A DNA stretch of 64,000 nt from Macrostomum lignano (taxonomy: Eukaryota): positions 112,413 through 176,412 of the forward strand of contig NIVC01000248.1 of the NCBI GenBank assembly GCA_002269645.1, in the 5' to 3' direction. Position 1 is the first letter of the stretch. Every line of letters begins with the position of its first letter. Below the pieces are notes generated by a model. That model searched no databases. It saw nothing but the letters and a program-made list of their open reading frames with translations, and was not told where the DNA came from. Of this stretch, positions 1-19,589 are shown piece after piece. A program made the position numbers and the translations under genes.

Positions 1-195
1 AAGACCAACCCGGAGGTGTGCGAGTACGTCATGGAGGGCGGCGTGCTGGAGAAGCCCCGCCTCTGTCCGGAGCAGCAGGTGTACATCTACGTCATGCTGG
101 AGTGCTGGAAGGCCAGCCCGGTTGAACGGCCAACGTTCAGCGCCATCGTGGCCAAGTTTGACACCCTGCTGGAGAGCAGCAATGCTCTGCACTGA
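1..195 (+). CDS. Receptor tyrosine kinase, C-terminal end of kinase domain (insulin receptor/ROS/ALK-like superfamily); 5' part lies outside the window
   Basis: Frame 1 translates KTNPEVCEYVMEGGVLEKPRLCPEQQVYIYVMLECWKASPVERPTFSAIVAKFDTLLESSNALH*. It contains the PTK subdomain X-XI signature (N.EV..YV..GG.L..P..CP ... CW...P..RPTF). TGA at 193-195; GC3-rich codons. Confidence 0.88.
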   Translation, partial: KTNPEVCEYVMEGGVLEKPRLCPEQQVYIYVMLECWKASPVERPTFSAIVAKFDTLLESSNALH

Positions 196-261
196 CTGCG
201 CGCCAGCTGCTCCATGATCGGTGCTCCGAGTGTTGGCTCGAGATTCCATTCTTCCCTGATT

Positions 262-630
262 GGATTATCAGGCTATTGGGAGATTCTTCCCCGTGATTTT
301 GTATCTCAATAATCTGATAATCTCACTGGGGAGAAATCCCCCAATATCCTGATAATCCCATTTGGGAAGAATCCTAATAGCCTGATAATCCCATTTGGGA
401 ATAATCTCCCAATAGCTCGCTAATCCCACTAGGGAATAATCTCCCAATAGTCCGCTAATCCCACTAGGGAATAATCTCTCAATAGCCTGATATTCCCATT
501 TGGGAATAATCTCCCAATAGCCCGCTAAACCCACTAGGGAATAATCTCCCAATAGTCCGCTAATCCCACTAGGGAATAATCTCCCAATAGCCTGATAATC
601 CCATGGGTGAAGAATCTCCCAATAATCTGA
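262..630. repeat. ~35-37 bp minisatellite with one inverted unit (foldback) just downstream of the RTK stop
   Basis: Units like gggaataatctcccaatagcctgataatcccattt at ~315-630. Positions 262-291 are the reverse complement of 572-601 (29/30 match). Confidence 0.8.
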
Positions 631-1324
631 GGATCTCGTGGGAGTGTTCGAGCACCTGATGAAGGAAGCTGGCAGCTGCTCAGTAGCCTACCTGAGTGAT
701 GCTCAGTGTCGCGAATCTCACGCTAGTTCAGTATTTTGATTGTTTTGCCCTCAATGATTTATTGTGGTCCATCCGATGTGCTGGAGAATCTGCCAGCATC
801 CGACTGAGGACCCGGGGCCGGTGCCTCCCTTTGTTTGCCGCCTCTGCCCCCCCCCCCGTCTTTCCCAACTCTCGCCGCTTCGCTTCGCTTCCTGATTAAA
901 GCTGAGGGTGCTAAAAACTTCCTGTGTCCACTTGCCGCTTTGGGTATACTACTTGTAGTAGCAGAAAGTATGCAGAATTTATAACAGAATACAATGTGTT
1001 TTTCTAAATATAATTTTTTATCTTGCAAATCTTTTTAACGTAGACTCTTGAGGATGTACGGCTAAAATGCTTTATTTTGTTATCTGTAGACACGCCTCGC
1101 TGTATTATATATTGTAGCTTGTGTGTCCAGCGCTGTTCAGACCCCGTGTGTAATGAATATTTCGGTGAAACAGTAAGCTAATGTTTTTGCTAGTTTTATT
1201 TATATACCTGTTAATTTTTTTCTGATTTCGAAAATTCACTCAAATCCTATCCTTATCAGATCTCAATACTCGGACTTTGAGTCCCAGATGTGCTAGAATG
1301 TTGAACCTTGAACCCCTAAAATCC

Positions 1325-2185
1325 CTGATCCTGAACCCTTTGAGTCCCAGATACTGGACCCTTTGAGTCCCAGATCCTGAACCCTTTGAGTCCCAGATCC
1401 TGAACCCTTTGAGTTCCAGATCCTGAACCCTTTGAGTTCCAGATCCTGAACCCTTTGAGTCCCAGATCCTGAACCCTTTGAGTCCCAGATCCTGGACCCT
1501 TTGAGTCCCAGATCCTGAACCCTTTGAGTCCCAGATCCTGAACCCTTTGAGTCCCAGATCCTGAACCCTTTGAGTCCCAGATCCTGAACCCTTTGAGTCC
1601 CAGATCCTGAACCCTTTGAGTCCCAGATCCTGAACCCTTTGAGCCCCAGATCCTGAACCCTTTGAGTCCCAGATCCTTAACTCTAAATCCCAGATACTGA
1701 ACCCTTTGAGTCCCAGATCCTGAACTCTAAATCCCAGATACTGAATCCTTTGAATCCCAGATCCTGAACCCTTTGAATCCCAGATCCTGAACCCTTTGAA
1801 TCCCAGATCCTGAACTCTAGATTCCAGATACTGAACCCTTTGAATCCCAGATCCTGGACCCTTTGAATCCCAGATCCTGAACTCTAAATCCCATATCCTG
1901 AACTCTAGATCCCAGATACTGAATCCTTTGAATCCCAGATCCTGAACTCTGGATCCCAGATACTGAATCCTTTGAATCCCAGATCCTGAACTCTAGATTC
2001 CAGATACTGAACCCTTTGAATCCCAGATCCTGGACCCTTTGAATCCCAGATCCTGAACTCTAAATCCCATATCCTGAACTCTAGATCCCAGATACTGAAT
2101 CCTTTGAATCCCAGATCCTGAACTCTGGATCCCAGATACTGAATCCTTTGAATCCCAGATCCTGAACTCTAGATTCCAGATCATG
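1325..2185. repeat. 23/21-bp minisatellite
   Basis: Unit gatcctgaaccctttgagtccca (23 bp) grading into gatcctgaactctaaatccca (21 bp) variants. Confidence 0.95.
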
Positions 2186-2671
2186 AAGTCTAGATCTCAA
2201 GTCATGAACCCAGATCATGCACTTTATATTCAGCTTTAAATTCACACTGGTTCATTTTTCAAAATTATCAAGCAGTAATTTCAGTCCTACATGTGAAATT
2301 TGTCCATAAAGCTTGCGTCTTAACCATCTGTTTCGCCTTCTCATAATTAGTTTTATTAGCCCGCTACTGGCAATCGTAGTGTACTTCACACTGCATTCAC
2401 CATCGCTGTTCACCATCTAGCTCATTCTTTGCTGTTGTCTAGCTTTTTAAAGCGCTTCTATTTTCACAATCCCAGTTGCATTCTGCTCTGCTTGCGTCCC
2501 GTCTTCCTCTTTGAAAAAGCAAAATTTTTCTCAAGTTGGGTCAGTTTTGTTCAACCTGCTGCTGAGTTTTCTTACCACATTTTGCCAATTTCCATTCATC
2601 AGCTTTGAGTCTCCTTAACTTAATTGTCGTTTGTTCAATCTGCTTGGATGCAGTTCACTTGGCCTGTCGCT

Positions 2672-3955
2672 GAGTCGCCCTTGCCCCTCGGGTCATTCCT
2701 GAGAATCGCCCTTGCCCCTCGGGTCATTCCTGAGAATCGCCCTTGCCCCTCGGGTCATTCCTGAGAATTGCCCTTGCCCCTCGGGTCATTACTGAGAATC
2801 GCCCTTGCCCGTCGGGTCATTCCTGAGAATCGCCCTTGCCCCTCGGGTCATTCTCACAGACGCCCCTATGCCATCTGTGAGAATCGCCCCTATGCCATGT
2901 GTGAGAATCGCCCCTATGCCATCTGTGAGAATCGCCCCTATGCCATGTGTGAGAATCGCCCCTATGCCATCTGTGAGAATCGCCCCTATGCCATGTGTGA
3001 GAATCGCCCCTATGCCATCTGTGAGAATCGCCCCTATGCCATGTGTGAGAATCGCCCCTATGCCATCTGTGAGAATCGCCCCTATGCCATGTGTGAGAAT
3101 CGCCCCTATGCCATCTGTGAGAATCGCCCCTATGCCATCTGTGAGAATCGCCCCTATGCCATGTGTGAGAATCGCCCCTATGCCATCTGTGAGAATCGCC
3201 CCTATGCCATCTGTGAGAATCGCCCCTATGCCATGTGTGAGAATCGCCCCTATGCCATCTGTGAGAATCGCCCCTATGCCATGTGTGAGAATCGCCCCTA
3301 TGCCATCTGTGAGAATCGCCCCTATGCCATCTGTGAGAATCGCCCCTATGCCATCTGTGAGAATCGCCCCTATGCCATGTGTGAGAATCGCCCCTATGCC
3401 ATCTGTGAGAATCGCCCCTATGCCATCTGTGAGAATCGCCCCTATGCCATCTGTGAGAATCGCCCCTATGCCATCTGTGAGAATCGCCCCTATGCCATCT
3501 GTGAGAATCGCCCCTATGCCATCTGTGAGAATCGCCCCTATGCCATCTGTGAGAATCGCCCCTATGCCATCTGTGAGAATCGCCCCTATGCCATCTGTGA
3601 GAATCGCCCCTATGCCATCTGTGAGAATCGCCCCTATGCCATCTGTGAGAATCGCCCCTATGCCATCTGTTAGAATCGCCCCTATGCCATCTGTGAGAAT
3701 CGCCCCTATGCCATCTGTTAGAATCGCCCCTATGCCATCTGTGAGAATCGCCCCTATGCCATGTGTGAGAATCGCCCCTATGCCATCTGTGAGAATCGCC
3801 CCTATGCCATCTGTGAGAATCGCCCCTATGCCATGTGTGAGAATCGCCCCTATGCCATCTGTGGGAATCGCCCCTATGCCATGTGTGAGAATCGCCCCTA
3901 TGCCATCTGTGAGAATCGCCCCTATGCCATCTGTGAGAATCGCCCCTATGGTGTG
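2672..3955. repeat. Compound minisatellite: 31-bp unit (~5x) then 24-bp unit (~45x)
   Basis: gagaatcgcccttgcccctcgggtcattcct, then gagaatcgcccctatgccatctgt/gagaatcgcccctatgccatgtgt. Explains the CENRPYAI and VRIAPMPS ORFs. Confidence 0.97.
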
Positions 3956-5393
3956 AGAATCACCCTTAGACCGTTTCTTAAATTCGACCTTAATTTCGGT
4001 ATTATGTATCAGCTTAGGCTAATGAGATGCAGTATGTAGCAATGCTATTGCTAACGCATACTAACTGACATTGCATGAAATTGCTTATTTATAAATTATG
4101 CTTTGACTCAAATTAAACAGTCTCGCGGTAGACTTCGATTTAGTATTTGTGTATATTTAACTTGCTATCGATTTATATCCACTTATTTTGTACACAAGTT
4201 TCGAATATTATTTATAATTGTGCTCTATACTACACTATAGTAATTCTTCCGTGCAAGAATATTGAAAAGGCTTTCAAAAGCTGCCAAACAAGCAACTGCC
4301 ACACCTGGCATTGTGCATGGCTTTGTTACGAACTGATTTAATCCACCTGGATTGTAACTGCCTTGCCTTATTAAATCTCCGCTTTCATATAATTTAATAC
4401 AGCAGTGACTTTGTTGCAGACAGATACACGCTAATTAAACAAATTTCGCACCAATTTTCAGGGTCGCAGTTGCCCATGCGTACATGTAGAGAGAGAAAGG
4501 CCGAAGTACAGAGTGCACGTCTGAACGTGTACATTGCTAGTGTAAACCCCGCCTCAAGTGGGCTTTCCCTGGAATTGCCGGCCAGGGCAAGGAGGACCGT
4601 ACATGTATACATGTAGATGCTCGACTAAAAAGCTGCTTTTGTCAGTGCGCATACATGAAGTTAGCAATATATGATGTGCATTTAGTAGCAGAAAAAATGC
4701 ATCTACAACTACAAGCCACACAATAGAAATTATAAATGCACAGTTTGAATTTACAATTGCATATACGCTATTGTGTTGCATTTCAGTCTGTCTTTGCCTG
4801 GAATTCTGCAGCTCGCGCTGCCTTTGATGGCTAGTGTTTTAATGTGACTTGTGGAAGCAGAAGCATACTAAACTGCTTATTTCCAAGTTGATGTATAGAG
4901 CCTATGCACAATACAAGCGGTTAAAGCATCAAGCCGGTGAAATTGTCTGAATAAAAAGACAGAGGCAGCAAGCTGCCTTCCCCTTATCTGCCTGACCATA
5001 AAAAACTACTGAGAACAGAAGGCAAGAGAAACAAGCTACTTTCCATTCCATGTGTACACTTGAGCGTTAATGCTATGTAATGCTGCTCTTTGACTTTGGC
5101 TGGGGTTGTTGAGGTGGGATAGGCTGCTATACTATTAGAAACTTGAAAAGACAGAATGGTTTGGGGGTTAACGTACATAGTGGCAAGTGTACGCACAGCC
5201 TGCTAGCTATTTGGATTGCCCACGGAATTCCCATGGAGTTTTCTCGGTATGGCCATCTGGCTTAATCGATAGCAGTTGTTGCCTTGGCTACTAGGTCTTA
5301 GGAAATGGAGTTTGTATTATTTTAATTAATATCAAAATATACTAAATACAATTACTAAGTGTTATTTGGAGTGTTGAGCATTAATTGTTATCC

Positions 5394-6314
5394 ATGTCTA
5401 AACAGACTGAAGGTCTGATTATAGCAGGCTCCTCCAAACAAAACGAGAACTTGGCGGAGCCGTTTATTGCCACTGTTGACGAGACAGATGTAGAATTACT
5501 GGATATTCTGAAGATTAAGTCCAAGCACAAGCCCTACCATACGATAATGCGTATCTTGTTGTTCGTCTGGCCTTGTAAGTTGAAACAAGATGTGACTGCA
5601 CGGCTGAGTGAATTAAGGCAGCTGAGAAGTGATGAACAGCGATCAGCGCTTCTAACTGAAAGTCCGCCTACAAAGCTGATTTGGAAGAACCTGAACGTGG
5701 AGACTTACTATTCGTACGTCAATCGGCACAAAAGCTACGTTAAAAGGGGCTTCGAAGTCTTTAATGACTTAGTCATCTCTGCAGTAAAGCCCAGACTACA
5801 CCAAGAAGGCCGCCTACTCCCCGAGTACCGCCCAGAGCAAGATCCCACTGAGGAGCAGATCGATGAGCATGATGACAGCAAGTACAGCTTTGTAGAGACT
5901 GTCACCTACGCCATGAAATGGTATCCCAATCCCTGCTTAGATGGGAGCAAGTGCGACGATGACGCCTGGGAGACTGGCCTGCACCATCACTATTGCCACA
6001 ACGAACACCACCCAGAGCACTGGGGTAACAAGCCAATGTATTGGCGCTTTATTGTGGAGGCTCTGTATGACATGGCAGCCATGGAATTGGAGAAAAAGTT
6101 CAAAGGCCAGGAGCCAGACAGCAAAGCAATGTTGCTGCAGTTTGATCCACAGTTTCTGAGGCGGTTTAAAGAGACTGGTCAGTTGGAGTTTATTGAGAAG
6201 ATCATCGAGTATACAATTGAAGCCTATTGCAGACTCAATAAGCTGCCTATTCCAGCAGCACCAGCACCAGAAGCAGCAGCAGTGCCAGCAAGATCCACTA
6301 AGCCTTCTTTTTAG
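5394..6314 (+). CDS. Intronless HD-like putative metal-dependent phosphohydrolase, DUF5662-type (306 aa)
   Basis: Open frame from ATG 5394 to TAG 6312-6314; AATAAA at 6361-6366. Motifs RHKSYV, HDDSKYSFVE, AW...LHHHYCHNEHHPEHW, M....IVEALYDMAA match the His/Asp pattern I recall for DUF5662 (HD.SK.S..E ... HH...N.HHPE.W ... M...E...D..A). Family assignment is from memory, not a search. Confidence 0.75.
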   Translation: MSKQTEGLIIAGSSKQNENLAEPFIATVDETDVELLDILKIKSKHKPYHTIMRILLFVWPCKLKQDVTARLSELRQLRSDEQRSALLTESPPTKLIWKNLNVETYYSYVNRHKSYVKRGFEVFNDLVISAVKPRLHQEGRLLPEYRPEQDPTEEQIDEHDDSKYSFVETVTYAMKWYPNPCLDGSKCDDDAWETGLHHHYCHNEHHPEHWGNKPMYWRFIVEALYDMAAMELEKKFKGQEPDSKAMLLQFDPQFLRRFKETGQLEFIEKIIEYTIEAYCRLNKLPIPAAPAPEAAAVPARSTKPSF

Positions 6315-7964
6315 CTTTCTTTAAGTTAGTCCAAGTTGATTCACTCAGTATCCAGTCCTCAATAAACTTAGTCTCAATAGCTAGTTCAATTAGGCCTATA
6401 AAATTGACACTTGATTTTTTTTTAACTTTAAGTATCATAGACTACTTCTATATTTTATACAGTTAGTAAGCCTACTTGATTTATAATACTGATATATGTT
6501 TTACACTATTGCAGTATTGGTTTTACATTGTGATTAAATAGCTAAGCATGAAATATATCATATCTAGTATCTAAGTTTTGTAATAACATTGCTCTATAAA
6601 TATATATAGTCATATATGAGTGAGTATAAATGGACTTTTGTATTTTTAATTAATGTATATTTCTGGGCTACAATTTAATTTCCCAGATAGGCAGCTTGAG
6701 ATCACTAAAGCCATTAAAAATAATCTAATTCATCATCTCTGTTATTTAATTATAATTTTTGATACTACTCAATTGGAGCCTTCAGAGTTTTCTCATCAAG
6801 AAAAGATAAAGAATAATTTAAATGAATTAACAATAATACCATTTTCTATCTGTTTAAATACAATTTATGTTAAATTTTGTCTCCAACTTTGCCAATTTTT
6901 AGAACTGTATTTCCTAACAATAAATCTGCTTGTAAAAAAACTAGAAATTAAAGTACATTTTTACATTTCTTCATTTTCTGCCTTGATTTATTTAAGTGTG
7001 TCTACCAGTATAAATGGTATTTAATAAATGAAATATAATTTTCATTTTTTGCTGTTAAATAAGTATGTTTGTGCCTGGTGCCTAAAAAATCTTTTGTTTA
7101 ATCTATATAATCTGGTTTCTTAGTATGCATTTTAGTATTATGTGTGATTGTGTAGTCTAACAGCATAAAAATTTCTAAATCTTATTGGATAAAATGAGTC
7201 ATCTTATAATTTTGCCATAATTGCTTATTAAATTGAATGACAATTTTAATACTTTAAATAGTGCTCATTATATTCATTTCTCTTGTTTAAGTTGTAAGTT
7301 TTCATTATTCAGTTTGCTTCATGCTGTGCATAATTATATATGTCATTGAAAATGCTGTTTTCCTTCATTATCAATCATAATCCTTAGTCTAACATTGGCT
7401 CTCCTATCTTTATCTTTGACTCTGTGAATAATATACATAAACTCATTATTAATTTTCTGGAGCCAAATATTGAGAAACTGGTTTCCTAAGCTGACAATTT
7501 TTGTGATTTTTTTATTTTTGAGGACAAATAAGTCTGGTGACTGGTTTTGAAAGTATCCATTTTAAGTGCTGTTCAGCTACTGCACCAACCGCTCTCAATG
7601 ATCCCATAATTGATGGGCCAAAAATAACCAAGCCAAGACTTCAGCATCAATCTGTTTTAGTTTAGCAATAAGTGAATAGTTCAAGAATATTTATGAATGG
7701 CAAAAATATTACATTTATTAGTCTCACCAAAGCGTTACTGCATCAAATGTACTGGGACATGCAGCAGAGCCACTTATGAATAAAAAACAATGCATTAAGT
7801 AACCATCAGACTAAACATACAGACAGGAGGAATATTCATCAATAAACTGATTTTGGCTAATCACAGCAATAAATCCGACTACATTAACAACGCATTCAGC
7901 ACAGGTAGGAAAGCCGGCATCCGATAGGGTGAATCATGTAATGAAACCGTGGTAATCAAGCGAC

Positions 7965-8125
7965 TAATACATATGTCAAGTATACATAATGTATGTATAC
8001 TAATACATACATGTATGTGATGTATGCATAATGTATACATACTGATACATATCATGTTTGCATAATGTATTATACTAATACATATGTCAAGTATACATAA
8101 TGTATACATACTAATGTATGTCATG
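7965..8125. repeat. Degenerate AT-rich tandem repeat (atgtatacatactaatacat-like)
   Basis: Recurring gtatacataatgtatacatactaatacata segments. Confidence 0.7.
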
Positions 8126-8621
8126 TGAACCGAACCCCAAGCCCAGGAGAAAGAATAGGGAGCAGGCAGCAGCGCACCTTAGTGGAATAAAAATGGTTAA
8201 TAATTCTCATGAAGCATGCCAATATAAGGTAAGAATACGCAAGATCAGAAAACTGGCACGGTCAAATTACGGGCTCTTTCATCGGCAAATGCGACAAGGC
8301 CAAAAGACGGGTGTCTTTGGAGAACGAGGCGGAGGTTTCGCATTATGAACTCAGGGAGCAAGGAACGATCGAGAGATCTGCACGTACGAGCGTACAACTT
8401 AAAATCCCTTAGGATCCGTTTCTGATCCCAAATTCGACAAGATCCTCAACCAGTAAACTCAAATCTTAGATCCTCATCTCGAATCCCTACAGTGCACCCC
8501 AAATCTGAGACCTTAATCACAGATACCAAATCTGAGATCCCCAATCGCAGATCCTAAATCTTAAATTCCCAAGTTCATAGATCCCAAATCCCCGATCCGC
8601 TCCGCTCTCCTGTCCAGCTGT

Positions 8622-15206
<6,585 letters not shown>

Positions 15207-17114
15207 TGTGAAATGCTTATATAGCAAATTTTATTGTCTCATTGCTGTTGTTCTGACTGCAATATAGGTATGGTAAATTGGCTAACTATACATGCACAAC
15301 TTTTTACTTTTGGGTAAGTTTTTTCAGTCTAAACTAAATTGCATAGGCAGTGTAACTCTAGATAACAGAATATTGTACTATTATATTAGAATTATTGTGA
15401 ATGCTATACCAGAGTATCCATTAATATTTTTATGATTTTATGTACATAAAAATACCAGATACATTATTCTAAATCTATTAATATCAACTTTTCTATTAGC
15501 TAACAAGACATTGGCTGATAAGACAGTGTAGCATTTAAAGTTAATTATAGCATTAGTTATGCTAATATTCTCTAATATCAGTATAGCAAAATATACAAAA
15601 GAAATGACCATTACATTCTATAAAAACTTATAATTGTATAATTATTCATTAATATAATTTTTTATTAAAGATACCATATTAGATAGGCCTATAGTATTTT
15701 AATGCAACATTAAAATATTTAAATATAATATATCTAGGCCCTAGCTAAACCTAAGTAAGACCAAGGTTGTATGATAACCAATGAGGCATAAGCTAGGGCT
15801 TAACTATAACAAATTTAGATTTAAACAAGCCTTAATAAACTCTTAATAGGCCTAGGCAAAAAACAAGATATACTAGGCTTAAGCCTAATAGTAATTGAAT
15901 TGAGTTATAAGCATTAGTTATTAAAGGCCTAGTACAATCTAAGTAGCTCTTGTCTTAGTCTTTCTAATTTCAACTTCTATCTTAATTTAAAATCTTAAAA
16001 TCTCATTGCCATTTATATTATATTTAGCATTTCCATGATTATTATACTAAATAAAATTACTTGTCTTTATATTATAATCTTTTATTGGCATAATTTTAGT
16101 TTACTTTGTTATATTATTCTGCCTTTTATTAAATTATTTTACCCCATCTTTCTATCAATTTCAGGTTCAAGGTCAAGTCAAGTCCTAAGCAGGATAATAA
16201 ACAGAGGCCCAGTATAGCACGGCACCGAAGGGGTTGTTAGGGTACATGCGGCGCCAGATGTACTCCTCAAAAAGCGCGTCACTCAAAAATACATTAAAAT
16301 AATATAACAAAGTAAAGTAGAATTATGAAGTAATATAACAAAGTAAATTAGGCCTAGAACTATGCCCTTTTATTTTATATATAACATTTATAGCCATAGG
16401 TTAGATTTCAGTATTAGGCCTATTACTATACATTTATATCATATATGCCAATTTAGTACTAGTGTAGTCTTCTTTGCAAAATAAATTTTTATTTAAAATT
16501 GATAGTCCCATATACTAAAAATGAAAATCTTGCTTGCTTGTAATAATCGATTAGAGAAAAAATGGCTTAACCGATTTTCATGAGACTTGCACTGTTCGAT
16601 CAGAAATTTTCCTGGGACGGTACATGCAACGTGGCTAAGAAATTGCTCGATGCTAAAGGCATTAAATATTCGAAAAACATGCTTTTTTGCAAAGGTCAAG
16701 CAAACTTTTCGACTTGAAATGCATTGTAAGAATGCTAGAGAAAAAACTGACTGGTTGAATTCTGATTCTGAAATGGATTACATCATAACTGAATTGTAAC
16801 TCCAACTTGAATTGTGTCACAGTATTGAAAATGCAGTGTGGAAGCGTAGCACCAGACTTGATTTAGATTGCGCAACCATATTGTTAACTGATACTGACTG
16901 ACTGAGAAATTGATTATGTCATAACTGCCTCGTGTGATTTACTCTATGCTTGGAGTTTTGAAACTTATAATTATAAGTGCTGAATTCATGTTATCAAAAC
17001 GATGAGAGCTAGCCTAGAGGTAAACAGACTGAACTGCTAAATGCAGAAACGATGGTTCGAATTTTTAGAGAGTAGAGTTTTTTTAATTAAAGCTTTTTAA
17101 CGCCAAGGAAACTA

Positions 17115-19505
17115 AAAAAATCATAGAAGCGTCATGTAAAAAATCATAGAAGCGTCATGTAAAAAATCGTGGAAGTGTCATGTAAAAAATCGTGGAAGCA
17201 TCATGTAAAAAGCATAGAAGTGTCATGTAAAAAATCATAGAAGCGTCATGTAGAGAATCATAGAAGCGTCATGTACACAATCATAGAAGCGTCATGTAAA
17301 AAATCGTAGAAGCGTCATGTAAAAAATCATAGAAACGTCATGCAAACAATCATTGAAGCGTCATGTAAAAAATCATAGAAGCGTCATGTAAAAAATCATA
17401 GAAGCGTCATGTAAAAAATCGTAGAAGCGTCATGTAAACAATCATAGAAGCGTCATGTACACAATCATAGAAGCTTCATGTAAAAAATCATAGAAGTATC
17501 ATGTAAAAATCATAGAAGCGTCATGTAAAAAGCATAGAAGCGTCATGTAAAAAATCATAGAAGCGTCATGTAAAAAATCGTAAAAGCGTCATATAAACAA
17601 TCATAGAAGCGTCATTTAAAAAATCATAGAAGCGTCAGATAAATATCAAAAAACGTCATTTAAAAAATCATAGAAGCGTCATGTAAACAATCATAGAAGC
17701 GTCATGTAAAAAATCATAGAAGCGTCATGTAAAAAATCATAGAAGCGTCATGTAGAGAATCAAAGAAGCGTCATGTAAACAATCATAGAAGCGTCATGTA
17801 AAAAATCATAGAAGCGTCATGTAGAGAATCATAGAAGCGTCATGTAAACAATCATAGAATCGTCATGTAAAAAAATCATAGAAGCGTCATGTAAACAATC
17901 ATGAAAGCGTCATGTAAAAAATCATAGAAGCGTCATGTAAAAAATCATAGAAGTGCCATGTAAACAATCATAGAAGTGCCATGTAAACAATCATAGAAGC
18001 GTCATGTAAAAAATCATAGAAACGTCATGTAAACAATCATAGAAGCGTCATGTAAACAATCATGAAAGCGTCATGTAAACAATCATAGAAGCGTCATGTA
18101 AAAAATCATAGAAGCGCCGTGTAAACAATCATAGAAGCGTCATGTAAACAATCATAGAAGCGTCATGTAAACAATCATAGAAGCGTCATGTAAACAATCA
18201 TAGAAGTGTCATGTAAAAAATCATAGAAGCGTCATGTAGAGAATCATAGAAGCGTCATGTAAACAATCATAGAATCGTCATGTAAAAAAATCATAGAAGC
18301 GTCATGTAAACAATCCTGAAAGCGTCATGTAAAAAATCATAGAAGCGTCATGTAAAAAATCATAGAAGTGCCATGTAAACAATCATAGAAGTGCCATGTA
18401 AACAATCATAGAAGTGCCATGTAAACAATCATAGAAGTGCCATGTAAAAAATCGTGGAAGTGTCATGTAAAAAATCGTGGAAGCATCATGTAAAAAGCAT
18501 AGAAGTGTCATGTAAAAAATCATAGAAGCGTCATGTAGAGAATCATAGAAGCGTCATGTACACAATCATAGAAGCGTCATGTAAAAAATCGTAGAAGCGT
18601 CATGTAAAAAATCATAGAAACGTCATGCAAACAATCATTGAAGCGTCATGTAAAAAATCATAGAAGCGTCATGTAAAAAATCATAGAAGCGTCATGTAAA
18701 AAATCGTAGAAGCGTCATGTAAACAATCATAGAAGCGTCATGTACACAATCATAGAAGCTTCATGTAAAAAATCATAGAAGTATCATGTAAAAATCATAG
18801 AAGCGTCATGTAAAAAGCATAGAAGCGTCATGTAAAAAATCATAGAAGCGTCATGTAAAAAATCATAGAAGCGTCATGTAGAGAATCAAAGAAGCGTCAT
18901 GTAAACAATCATAGAAGCGTCATGTAAAAAATCATAGAAGCGTCATGTAGAGAATCATAGAAGCGTCATGTAAACAATCATAGAATCGTCATGTAAAAAA
19001 ATCATAGAAGCGTCATGTAAACAATCATGAAAGCGTCATGTAAAAAATCATAGAAGCGTCATGTAAAAAATCATAGAAGTGCCATGTAAACAATCATAGA
19101 AGTGCCATGTAAACAATCATAGAAGCGTCATGTAAAAAATCATAGAAGCGTCATGTAAAAAAATCATAGAAGCGTCATGTAAACAATCATGAAAGCGTCA
19201 TGTAAAAAATCATAGAAGCGTCATGTAAAAAATCATAGAAGTGCCATGTAAACAATCATAGAAGCGTCATGTAAAAAATCATAGAAACGTCATGTAAACA
19301 ATCATAGAAGCGTCATGTAAACAATCATGAAAGCGTCATGTAAACAATCATAGAAGCGTCATGTAAAAAATCATAGAAGCGCCGTGTAAACAATCATAGA
19401 AGCGTCATGTAAACAATCATAGAAGCGTCATGTAAACAATCATAGAAGCGTCATGTAAACAATCATGAAAGCGTCATGTAAAAAATCATGAAAGCGTCAT
19501 GTAAA
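17115..19505. repeat. 23-bp satellite array (~2.4 kb) with internal higher-order duplication
   Basis: Unit tcatagaagcgtcatgtaaaaaa. The diagnostic variant series starting at 17167 recurs at 18452 (offset 1285). Confidence 0.97.
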
Positions 19506-19589
19506 AAAATCTTACTGACATCAAAAATCAAGTGACAATAAAAAATGTCAGACATGAAAGAAGTGTCATGTAAAAATTAAATGAGGCTA

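Noticed and set aside
2768-3956. 301-aa and 383-aa ORFs (CENRPYAI / VRIAPMPS repeats)
   Set aside because: Pure translation of a 24-bp minisatellite open in several frames; no splice or codon evidence.
6653-7024. 123-aa ORF downstream of the HD-like gene
   Set aside because: AT-rich low-complexity translation with no motif; probably the antisense of decayed sequence.
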